Part shown: positions 40,321 to 51,625 of the stretch, one piece after another
Layout: each line of letters begins with the position of its first letter
Position numbering within the stretch: position 1 is the stretch's first letter
Origin: Octopus sinensis
Lineage: Eukaryota
Length of the DNA: 64,000 nt
Direction: 5' to 3'
Assembly (NCBI RefSeq): GCF_006345805.1
Contig: NC_043006.1
Location: forward strand, 58,280,001 to 58,344,000
Made by a program: the position numbers and the translations under genes
Notes under the pieces: generated by a model
Database searches by the model: none
What the model was told of the DNA's origin: nothing
The model's input: only the letters and a program-made list of their open reading frames with translations

Positions 40321-41128
40321 CTGTGAAAATAGTCACAGAAAATTTTCCTCAGAAATAATTTGTGTAAAAACAAATCATTGGGCTAAGAATGGTTATTCTT
40401 ATATGTAAAACACAATGATCAGTCAGTTTACTCATCATCACCATCATCATCATTTAATGTCCACTTTCCATGACTGAAAACTGGTAAGCCGGGAGGCTGC
40501 ACCAGGTTCCAATCTGATTTGCAATTTTTCTAAGGCTGGATGCCCTTCTTAATGCCAACCACTCCAAGAGTGTTTGTGGATGCTTTTTACATGCCACTAG
40601 CATGGGTGCCATTGACCTGACACCAGCATCGGTCACAACTATGGTCTCATTTGGTTTGACAGGCCAACATATGCATGGTATATCACCAAAGGTATTGGTC
40701 ACCTGTCATTGCCTCCATGAGGTCCAATGCTCGAATGGTGCTTTTTATGTGCCACCAGCACAAGTGCCAGTCAGATGGCGCTGGCATCAGCTGTGACTAC
40801 AATTTCACTGAATATGGTTTTAGTTAATTCCAGCTTGACCAGAGAGAGAGAGAGAGAGAGAGAGCGCGCGAGTGAGTTAGCGAGAGAGAGAGAGTGAACG
40901 TGAAAGAGAGTAAGCGAGAGAGAGTGAGAGAGAGAGTGAGCAAGAGAGAGAGTGAGCAAGAGAGAGAGAGAGTGAGCGAGAGAGAGAGATTCAAACAAAT
41001 GCTATTGACATACACACTCTCATACATACAAACATGCATAGATGACAATTAGTTGTGAACGTGTGTGTGTGAGCACACATATGCATGCATGTAAGAGAGT
41101 AAAGTGTATATGTGCACAGGCCCATTAG

Positions 41129-41165
<37 letters not shown>

Positions 41166-42290
41166 TTTTCCAACTATTTATTATACTGACAACTGTGTTC
41201 CTAATTTTTTCCAAAAAAGGTGTGTAACAGTATATCTTGGATACAGCTGTTACCAACTACATAATATCCAATGCTTCTGAAATTATTTTATTACTGAAAT
41301 AGTATTTGGTGAGTTATGGTAAGGCAATAATGACAGAGCACAATAGCAAAAGAACTGGCAATATATGCTGACAAAAGAACTGAATCAAGAGAGGCAGAGA
41401 AGATATAGGGACAGAGTGAGGAAAAGGCAAAGAGAAGAAATCAGAATTAAAAATAAAGAGAGGAGAATCAGGAATAACAAGAAGCACTAATTTAGGAGGA
41501 AAGAAATGAAATTAATGCAAGAAATGGAGCTACAAGGTGTCATATGATGAATGACCAAGCTGAAAGCTAACGAGGAAAGAATAAGAATTGTTACTCAATA
41601 AAGAAGGTGAATTATAAATGAAATATTTCGTACAAGTGAAAATTGAGAAAACAGGCTAGGAGAGAATAGACAAGATTTCCAGGAAATCAATCAATGGATT
41701 CTGAAGGAGATGACATGATATTATTACTGTGTGGGGAGATGTTTATGGCGCTAACACTGTACCACAAAATGGACTGTGAAATTTCCATGAGGACTGTTAA
41801 TTACAAATAAATTTTTCAACTGTAAGTCAAACTGTGCAGATTATAAGTAATCTATAAATTCTGATTTACATTTAAGTATCAATAAATCAATATGTTATTT
41901 CATTATGTGCTTCGATGTAAAATATTAAAATTGCAATAAAAATTCTGCCTTTTCTTCGCCTAGGATGTTCTCAATCAATTTGTTTTCCAATCAATTTAGA
42001 CAATATATTTGCGACCAATATGTTTTCAACAAATTCATTTAGCAAATGTTCCCTGACCCATTCAGATATTGTTCTGAGTAACCTATACCAGTATTCAATG
42101 GATTATACAACTTACAGAGAAAAAAGCAACATTTTACATACAATTCATCTCTTACCATTCATCTATTATCATTTTGATATTTGATATGAATTACAATATT
42201 TTCATCTCTTTCACATTATTTAAACAGGTATAAGTTGAGTCAATAATGTCAATAAAATAATTAGCACTCACCCATATTCCAATAATCATT

Positions 42291-42613
42291 TTAATTCTTT
42301 TGTTGCCATATTTCTGTTGAAATACACGGCTTTTGTTTCAATTAATTTTTAAAATAATAGAGAATTTAGTAAAATAGCTTCGTCTTTATTTAGCTGGTGT
42401 TTGGAACATTTGATGGAAGGTTTTAATTTAAACCTTTAGCATTAGGCGCAGGAGTGGCTGTGTGGTAAGTAGCTTGCTTACCAACCACATGGTTCCGGGT
42501 TCAATTCCACTGCGTGGCACCTTGGGCAAGTGTCTTCTACTATAGCTTCGGGCCGACCAAAGCCTTGTGAGTGGATTTGGTAGATAGAAACTGAAAGAAG
42601 CCTGTCGTATATA

Positions 42614-42646
<33 letters not shown>

Positions 42647-43165
42647 TTGTGTGTGCGTGTGTGTGTGTGTTTGTGTGTCTGTGTTTGTCCCCCCAACATC
42701 GCTTGACAACCGATGGTGGTGTGTTTATGTCTCCATAACTTAGTGGTTCAGCAAAAGAGACTGATAGGATAAGTACTAGGCTTACAAAGAATAAGTCCTG
42801 GTCAATTTGCTTGACTAAAGGTGGTGCTCCAACATGGCCACAGTCAAATGACTGAAATAGGTAAAAGAGTAAAAGAGTATTCAGATTACTCTGTCAAATA
42901 TAATGTTTTTATATTCAAATTGTTTTGAGTTAATCATGCATTCCCTTTTAGTTTTGAGGTTTCAGTTATGTGATTGATTATTTTTAGAATGTTAGTGTAG
43001 GTTAGGTGTGAGAGGCTAGATATGGCCAGTTTGAATATAAAACATGTAGAATATTGGGGCCAGATATGGCCAGTTTAAATGCTAAGGGGTTAAATCACAT
43101 TAAAATAAGAAGTTTGTATCATAGAACCAGGGATGGTCTCAAGCAAGTTGGTGTCAAAAGGGTAA
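42291..43165 (+). mobile_element. Triple nest: type B MITE containing a type A MITE (42432-43089) containing a family-1 SINE (42444-42878)
   Basis: TTAA at 42428-42431 and 43090-43093 bounds the A element, and the B sequence resumes after it. Confidence 0.8.
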
Positions 43166-44006
43166 AAAAAAACTTTAATTCTGATGCTGAGTCAGAAGAG
43201 AAAGGTCAGTGCCTGTGACCTTTTGTAAGGCCTCAAAGAGTGGTAATGAAAAGGGAGGAAGTCCTTGATATACTCAGACCAGAAACCTGTTCCAAATACT
43301 TGCAAAAGGGTCAAATAAAGGTAGCCAAGGGCCAGATACTTGTATTTAACCAGGCAACAGGTTTAAAGTCTACAACCCAAGAACAGGTGTACTCAATGTA
43401 ATGAAAGTCTACAGAGTTTCTTTCAACCTAATCTTTTATCATAACGCTACAGTAAAATTTTTACAATAATATTACACAATACTATGGTGGTAAAAACTAA
43501 CAAAACAATAATGTAGACCTTTAAAATTTTGAGGTGAAACATTAAGAGAAAAAAATTTAAAAAACAAATAGCAATATTTTGTGTCACCAATTATTACACC
43601 CATGACTTCAAATGGTAGAGAAACCAATAAATTCCTTGGAATGGCATTAACTACACACCAAGCAAGAATCAATGAACATATCTCCTGTCATATCATATTG
43701 TCCTTTAGGTTTTTGGCGGCGGCGGTGGTGGTGGAGTATTCACCTTTTTTTTTTTGTTTTCTTTCATTTTCTGTCTTGTAAGATTAGAACAAGAGCTAAT
43801 AGTTTCATGTAGAAAGGTGGATAGGGAGAAGGAGGATGGGAAGAAGGAAAAGGGGGAGGAGGAGTCAGTCTGTGGGAGTTTGTTGTTTTATATCAGAATT
43901 TTACATGAAAGAATGTTCTTTGATGGATCTGTTTACAGATAATATGCACTGCATTACATTTCAGTCTCTCTACTTTAATATCTCCACACTAGATAAAATG
44001 TGTGTA

Positions 44007-44070
<64 letters not shown>

Positions 44071-44293
44071 ATATATATATAATATAATGCAGTTGACATT
44101 AATGTTTCTGGTAATGTGACAGATATGGTAGAGCATTAAACTAAATATGCATTATTGTCTGACTTACTATACTTAGACTTCTATCATGTAGCTTAAGAAA
44201 TGTTCTTTGCAACCACTTGATTCTAGGTTCAGTCTCATTACATTGTACTTAAAATAAAGGTAGAAAAGCATAATTTTCACATATAGTTCATAC

Positions 44294-44464
44294 TTTAAAT
44301 GTGCTCAACAGCCGTTTCCTTAGGATAAACATTATCAATTCCATAATTATATAAGTGTGAAAGTTTTGTTTACCCAAATCATCAGGAGTATTATGTGCCA
44401 TGTTAATCAGAAAGAAAACTGTTGGAGTTAAATGACTGGAGCAAAGTATGGTTGAACTTGGGAT
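44294..44464 (-). CDS. Probable exon (IPSSTILCSSHLTPTVFFLINMAHNTPDDLGK...RLLSTFK)
   Basis: Acceptor tgtcctctttccaag|ATC and donor AAA|gtatga. Length 171 nt, open, phase 0/0. SSHLTPTVFFL resembles the dynein AAA6 entry S...tPllfll. Confidence 0.55.
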
Positions 44465-45349
44465 CTTGGAAAGAGGACACAAATCCTTAATTCATATACT
44501 ACAAATGGTCACGATATCTGGGACTATAAAAATCGGCAAGATCGTCTAAAGAACTAAAGGATGATGGTTAAATCAAGATACTTCCCTTCCAAATCTTGCT
44601 ACCAAGTAAGGTGGCCAGTCAAAATTTACTCTAAAATTAAAAAGAGACAGACAGACAGATAAATAGGCAGGTGGGCAGGCAGGTAGACAGACATATTGAA
44701 CTCTCTCAAGAACTTAAAGGAAAATCATACATATATTTGTATATTAGCAAAAACAAACAATAGGCAAAAAAAAATTTTTTAAACTGATGTCTTTCAAACA
44801 AAACCAAGCAAGTTCCAGACATTAGTGTCACCATCCTAAATGTAGTGAACCAGTGATTAGTCCACTGCAAACCTTTAACCTCTGACCAATGATGCTATTG
44901 CTCACAACTGCAACCTTTTCTGTTACTTGTTTCAGTCACTGGACTGTGTCCATGTTGAGGTACCACTTTCAAGGGTTTAGTCAAACAAATCAATTAAATC
45001 CTAGTACTTATTCTATCAGTCTCTTCTGCTGAACCACTAAGTTATCGTGACATAAACAAACCAACTTGGTTGTCAAGCAGTGGTGGAGGTCAAATGAAGA
45101 TACATACACACACACACACACACACACACAATGTATGTATGTATATATGTATGTATGCATGTACAACAGGCTTCTTTCAGTTTCTAACTATCAAATCTAC
45201 TCACAAGGCTTTGCTCAGCCCAGGGCTATAGTAGAAGACACCTGCCCCAAGTGCCGCACAATGGAACTGCACCTAAACCCTCATGGTTAAGCAAGCCTAA
45301 TAAACACTCAGCCACACCTATACCTGTATATATATATATATATATATAT

Positions 45350-45912
45350 ATGTGCTGCGGATGGATGAAGAGAGATGTGTGAAGAAGTGCCACTCCCAAA
45401 CAGTTGAAGGTATCAGGGGGAGAGGTAGACCCAGGAAGACATGGGATGAGGTGGTCAAGCATGACCTCAGAGCATTGGGCCTCTTTGAGGCAATGGCGAA
45501 GGACCGAGATCTCTGGAGATATGCTGTGACTACAAAGACCCGGGCTGCTTTCTGCAGCAATTCCACATACCCCCTACCCATTCTAAGTACCCCGGATCCC
45601 CAAAGTACCCTGGATCCCCAAAGTACCCCGATCCCCAAAGTACCCCGGACCTCGTTGCCCCCGTGCCGCTGACACGTTAAAATGCTCGAACCGATCGTGA
45701 CGATGCCGGACCCTCCGGCCCCTGTGCAGGTGGCACGTAAAAAGCACCCAATCCACTCACGGAGTGGTTGGCGTTAGGAAGGGCATCCAGCCGTAGAAAC
45801 TCTGCCAGATTCAGACTGGAGCCTGGAGCGGCCCCTGGCTTCCCAGACCCGGTCGAACCGTCCAACCCGTGCTAGCGCGGAAAGCGGACGTTAAACGATG
45901 ATGATGATGATA
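45350..45912 (+). mobile_element. Young 5'-truncated RTE LINE (RT C-terminus, 3' UTR and (GAT)n) in (TA)n
   Basis: VLRMDEERCVKK...GRGRPRKTWDEVVKHDL...DRDLWR, CpG-rich, ending ggacgttaaac(gat)n. Confidence 0.92.
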
Positions 45913-46555
45913 TATATACAGTTCTCTGCACTCTGCATTCTCTAATATCTTTGGGGTCTTTTTTTTTTTTGTTCATCCTTTTGAGATTGGTTGGTTAGCA
46001 GACAATCTACCATCTGGTTTAACCCCACTGAAGCTCATTCTGTTTCAAGCATTCAGATGTGAGGACAACTTCTCCTTCTCCTACCAGTCGTAGAAACCCA
46101 GAAAAAATAAATTAAGGGTCATAGGCACTGCCCTTTAGTAAAAATAAATTCAGATGACAAAAAAGTTATGACTAAATAGCGTGAGATATTTTGTTCAAGC
46201 ACATTAACCATTATTACTGGTTGCTGAAAGCAGCAAGCTGGCAGTATAGTTAGCACACCAGAAAAAATACTTAGTAATATTTCATGTCATTACATTGTGA
46301 GTTCAAATTACACAGAGGTGGACTTTGCCTTTTGCCATTTTTTTTTTGTAGGGGAGCAATAAATTATGTACCAGTTACACACTTGGGTTAATGTAGTCAA
46401 CCAAAATTTCAGACCTTGTACCTATAGTAGAAAGGATTATTGGTTGTTGAGAAATCAAACAAGTTTATATTCTCCAATATTGTACTGCATAGCTACTAAA
46501 ACATCAGTGGAAACTTTTGCTAATGTAAGTGCTGTGCATAAAAAATTAACCACAC

Positions 46556-46734
46556 TGACAATGAATTAATGGTTATGAAAACTGGACAGACAATGTCATC
46601 AAAGTCGTGGTTTATGCTTAATAAATATAGTAATAAGTTCAATGCCTTTGTAGACTGAAAATTCTGATGGCTCTCCAAGTAGAAACGTGTTCTTAAGGAG
46701 CAGACACAAGTCATCAAAATCCCTATATTTTTCT
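46556..46734 (-). CDS. Possible exon (KNIGILMTCVCSLRTRFYLESHQ...LNLLLYLLSINHDFDD...)
   Basis: Acceptor tttttatgtctttcctcag|AG and a 179-nt open frame. The donor TCA|gtgtgg is weak. Confidence 0.45.
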
Positions 46735-47831
46735 CTGAGGAAAGACATAAAAAATTTTTACATTTTGTGATGAAGCTCATTGTTTAAACTGTAGGTCTAC
46801 CTACATTGAAACAGGTTATCTAATATAGACTGTGTTGTGTATAAAATAGTTCATAGTAAAATATACACATGTGTGTGCAGGAAATTAAGAATAGTCAATA
46901 AAGATACATGAATATACATAAACATACAGAGACAGAGGGAGAGACTGCACACTAATGCAGTCCACATCCGCACAGGAAAAATATGATGATGATGATGATG
47001 ATGCAGATGATGATCAACATCACACACACACACACACACAAACACTCATGCTCACACACACACATACAAATGCTCTTTCTCACACACGCGTGCATTACAA
47101 ATTAATTTTAGGCTTTATCTATAATTATTATTCATGTTATTCTGTATTATCTTTTTGCTATTGCTTTGTTTTCAAAAGGTGGGGGTAAGCAGAATTTTTT
47201 TTTCCACTTTATTTATTATTGCAACACACAAACGCACACAGAGTTAGCAGGGAGCAGAGATTAAGATACCTGAATATGGTTAATTAAAAAGAATTAGGGA
47301 TGCATAAGGAGGCAAGGTGTATTTAAAATATCTCCCTATTTAACTATGTTAATCATTAGCCCACTCCAGTCAAACGACAGCTTTCATTTAAAACAGATGT
47401 CAATACACAAACCAGATTAACAACAAAAACAACAACAGCATTAACTAAAAAACTGACAACAACAATAGCAGCAGCAACACAAACCAGGTTAGGTGTGTAT
47501 GAAGTATAAAAACCTAAGAAATGAAGATCTAAAGACAGCAACAACGAACTAATTGACTCTTGCTGGAATTGATCAAGCTAAAGTAGAGAAGCTTAGCAAC
47601 ATCTGGTATGAATAGTGTTAGCATTTAACAGTGTGATGAGATGAGAAACCTTACACTCTACACCCAGCATGGCACCACAATATTGATTTCAGATGCTCTT
47701 AACTATGAGTCAACTATGAGAAGAAATCTAGGGAAATCTCACTGTAAGTTATACAAAATTTGGCAGGGAGTGTTGCTGGCAAATTAATTTGGCACAATAA
47801 TAATACACAGACAGGAGCATTGATACATTAG

Positions 47832-47862
<31 letters not shown>

Positions 47863-48269
47863 ACACACACACATTGTTAGTATATGTATATGTGTGTGTG
47901 TGCGCGTGCATATCTTAAACAGAGAGAAAAAGATTAATATGTGTATATATGTGCATAGCACCACTGACTGGCACCTATGCCAGTGGCACATAAAAAGCAA
48001 CATTCGAGCATGGCCAATGCTGTTGCCACCGGACTGGATCCCATGCTGGTGGCACATAAAAGCACCCACTACAATCTCGGAGTGGTTGGTGTTAGGAAGG
48101 GCATCCAAATCAGACTGGAACCTGGTGCAGCCTCCCAGCATGCCAGTTCTCAGTCAAACCATCCAACCCACAACGGCACAGAAAGCAGACATTAAAACAC
48201 AATGATGATGATATATATATACATATATATATAAACATATATATATATGTATACATATATATATATAGG

Positions 48270-48455
48270 GAGAGTTTACGAAAAAAACAAAAGACGAAGA
48301 CAGGTGGTGTACAAAACAAACGGATGTATTAGTATAATGCTCAAGAATAGAAAAAGTCTTTTACGTTTCGAGCCTACACTCTTCTACAGAAAGGAACAGA
48401 GAAAAAACAAGGAGAGAAAAAATGTGTGTAGTGGCTAACTATCTATCATGGCGAC
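48270..48455 (-). mobile_element. Short Penelope-type element with a hammerhead-like motif; second copy at about 49985-50135
   Basis: Minus strand ctttCTGTAGAAgagtgtaggctcGAAAcgTAaaag; copy 2 reads ctttCTGTCGAAgagtgtaggcttGAAAcaTCaaag. Both are flanked by (TA)n. Confidence 0.55.
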
Positions 48456-48730
48456 ATGATATATATATATATATATAATTAATGACGACTGACTTTTTCT
48501 TTTTTGGTTTTATATTGCATATAGCTGCCTTCCTGATTATATATATAAACACACACACATTCATGATTTTTATGCTTTTTTCCATGCTTTCAGAGGGTTA
48601 CATGACACCATCTACAAGTGTCTTCAATGAAAGCTCTAGGCTGACCAAAGCCTTGTGGATAGATTTAGAAGGCAGAAACCGAAAGAAACCTCTATATATG
48701 TGTGTGTATATGTATGTATGTACGTATATA

Positions 48731-49943
48731 CAGGGGTTGGACAAAATAATGGAAACATCAAGCATCACAATTTTGAAATATCTATAAAACCATCAAAAGC
48801 TTGTTTATTTTTATGTTTTTTATCTATTATTAGTATTGCTTAATATGTTGCTGTTTCTTTTCAGATATCATCAGAAAAAGGTAATTAAAATTCATTAAAA
48901 TGACAGATCTATCGAACTTTCAAAGAAGTCAAATTGCTGGTGCTCGTATGGCAGGCACTAGCATAATGAAAACAGCCAAAATGTTTGGTGTATCAAGAAG
49001 TACTGTCTCAAAAACAATGACAGCCTTGGAGAAAAAGGGAAAAACTTCCTTGTCAAAACAAAACTCCAGAAGAAAACCAAAACTTTCAGACAGGGAGTGT
49101 CAGACTCATATGCAAATTGTTAGAATGGATCACAAAAGTACAACTCCAAAAATTATTGCAGAGCTTAACAACCACCTCGAGAACCATGTTTCTACAAAAA
49201 CTGTTCGCCGGGAGCTGCACAACTTTCAAAAACAAATGTTGCAAAGCATTTAGAGTGGAATAAAAACCTACAGAATTGGTCCCTAGAGCAGTGGAAGAAT
49301 GTTATTTTCTCAGACAAGTTATCATTTACCTTATTTCTGCCCACCGGCCGAGTATACGAGTGGAGACAGCCAAAAGAAGTATTTGACCCAGACTGCCTTC
49401 TTCCAACTGTTAAACATGGAGGAGGATCTGTGATGATCTGGGAGGGGCTATATCTTGGAAACCCACCGGTCCAATGGTTTCCCTTCATGGCAGAATTAAT
49501 AGTCAAGATTATTTAAGCATTTTATCTGATCAAATTCATCCTATCGTTGCGGAACTGTTTCCTGAGGGAAACGCAATCTTTTAAGATGATAATGCACCAA
49601 TTCACACAGCTAAAGCTGTTACTGAATAGCATCAGGAACATTCTAGTGAAGTTGAACATCTTATCTAGCCACCACAGTCCCCAGATCTCAATATTATTGA
49701 ATATTTACGGTGCATTTTAGAAAAACAAGTAAGGAGTCAATATCCTCCATCATCATCACTGCAAGAACTGGAGACTGTTTTAGCTGAAGAATCGACAAAA
49801 ATTCCTTTGGAAACAATTGAAACTTTGTATGAGTCCATATCTCATAGAATTCAAGCTGTAATTACTGCCAAAGGCAGTCCTACCCCATATTAAAATAAAT
49901 TTGCTTGAAATTTTAAGGTGTTTCCATTATTTTGTCCAACTCC

Positions 49944-49946
<3 letters not shown>
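48731..49946 (+). mobile_element. Tc1-like (DD34E) DNA transposon, near full length, inactive; transposase about 48900-49893
   Basis: TIRs caggggttggacaaaataatggaaa / tttccattattttgtccaactccc with TA flanks. Motifs IFSDK, TVKHGGGSVMIW, DDNAPIH and PQSPDLNIIE, with stops and a deletion. Confidence 0.95.
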
Positions 49947-49978
<32 letters not shown>

Positions 49979-50221
49979 CTCAAATTTGCAAAACAACAAA
50001 AGATGAAGAGAGGAGAGAGAACAACAAGCAGATGTATTGGTTTGACACTCAGCAAGAATGGAAAAGTCTTTGATGTTTCAAGCCTACACTCTTCGACAGA
50101 AAGGGTTGACAGGAAGAAAATGGAGAAAGAATGATATATATATAATGATTAATGAAGGAAATGGAAAATAGATTTAGCACTAGTCTTTATTCATTACAAC
50201 AGTCATTTTCACCAATCCTTC

Positions 50222-50446
50222 AACTGTTCGTTATGGATAGGATATTGTGCATCTAATTGTGTTGCATCAGTCTGTGCAGTTTCCAACACATCAGGTACAT
50301 GCATAAAGGGGTAGAACATGCCTAGGACATCTCAGTATATCTAGTGAGGCATCTCCTTCTTTATGTATGTACCTGTTGTGACACAAACTACATAGTTTGA
50401 TGCAACACAATTAGATACACAAATTCGTACCCATAACAGACAGTTA
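50222..50446. repeat. Diverged about 225-bp inverted repeat (old fold-back/MITE-like)
   Basis: catctaattgtgttgcatca vs tgatgcaacacaattagata, and caggtacatgcataaag vs ctttatgtatgtacctg. Confidence 0.75.
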
Positions 50447-50679
50447 CAGGATGGGTCAAAACGATCGTCGTACTGAGTAAAGACTGGTGCCAAATCTATC
50501 TTCCATTTCCTTCATCAATTATTATTATCTCAACTGACACTGCGGAATTCCTGATGTAGATCCAGAGGAAATATACCCCAACCATGGATGATACCAAGTA
50601 GCCCAAACTGTTAACATGCTTTACTCAACAAACTAATAGATCCATTAGTCAAAAAAATCACACACACACACACACACAC

Positions 50680-50713
<34 letters not shown>

Positions 50714-50840
50714 CAAAATAAGAAAAGATTGCATCGCAATTCTTAACATTTATGTATTAACTTTGTTGGGTACTTCACTAGCAGTATATTGGATATAGGT
50801 TATCCCATGGAGGGTTGCATTTACAACCCCTATCTCAATT

Positions 50841-50876
<36 letters not shown>

Positions 50877-51261
50877 AAAACACATTACATAAATATAACT
50901 ATAAGCTTAAGCTTATAAGCATTCACTGTATATTGGCTTTAGAAAATAGTCTAATATTGTGGCATATAAGACCTTGACAGAAAAAAATGGGTATTAGTAC
51001 ATGTAGGATAAGAAGTGTGGGTTCAATTCCCATGCATACTAATAACTATTTTTTTTCCATCAAGGGCTTATATGCTCCAATAATAAACTATTTTCTAAAG
51101 CCAATATACAGCATACACTTATAAACTTAAGCTAATAATTAATTATTATATATAATAATTTTCACTCGTCACTGTTTCTTAAGGCAAAAGCACACACATT
51201 CCCATAGTGGCATAGGCCAAGATAATGCTTGCTAACCTATGATGATGCACTAATCTAATCT

Positions 51262-51625
51262 TAAGTATTCTGTCGCATACTCAGACTACCTCAATTACCT
51301 TATCAACCCATTTCTCCGCAAGAAGTATACCCATGCCCATGACCCCGTCAGTGTTCCCTGCCCAGAAAATCTTGTACACGTGTTCTTTGCCTGTGAGGAA
51401 CCTAGTGGAACCTCCTCTCCACCTTACTTCTTGGAGACAGCACAAATCGTCACATCTCCATTCAAGCATCTCAACAATCTCACCAGACCTACCTTTCAAT
51501 GTGCCGACGTTGAGAGTGCCAACCCTAAGGGTGTGGGAGGTGTGGGCCCATGAGACCCTGGGATGGGGGACAGCAGCATCGTGTATCTGAAAAGAAAGCT
51601 CACATTTGGCAGAATTCATAAACAA
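51262..51625 (-). mobile_element. RTE LINE 5' coding end (AP endonuclease N-terminus)
   Basis: LRVGTLNVGTLKGR...LCCLQEVRWRG...GILLAEKWVDKVIEV. Confidence 0.92.

Noticed and set aside
41960-42115. Possible AAA6 exon (LYNPLNTGIGYSEQ or WVREHLLNEF frames)
   Set aside because: The two plausible peptides lie in different frames and neither has consistent splice sites.
43581-43700. FLGMALTTHQARINEH as a GIY-YIG remnant
   Set aside because: Only a loose single-motif resemblance, with no other PLE features nearby.
45585-45649. CRISPR-like array
   Set aside because: Head-to-tail tandem repeat with no spacers in a eukaryotic LINE, and no cas genes.
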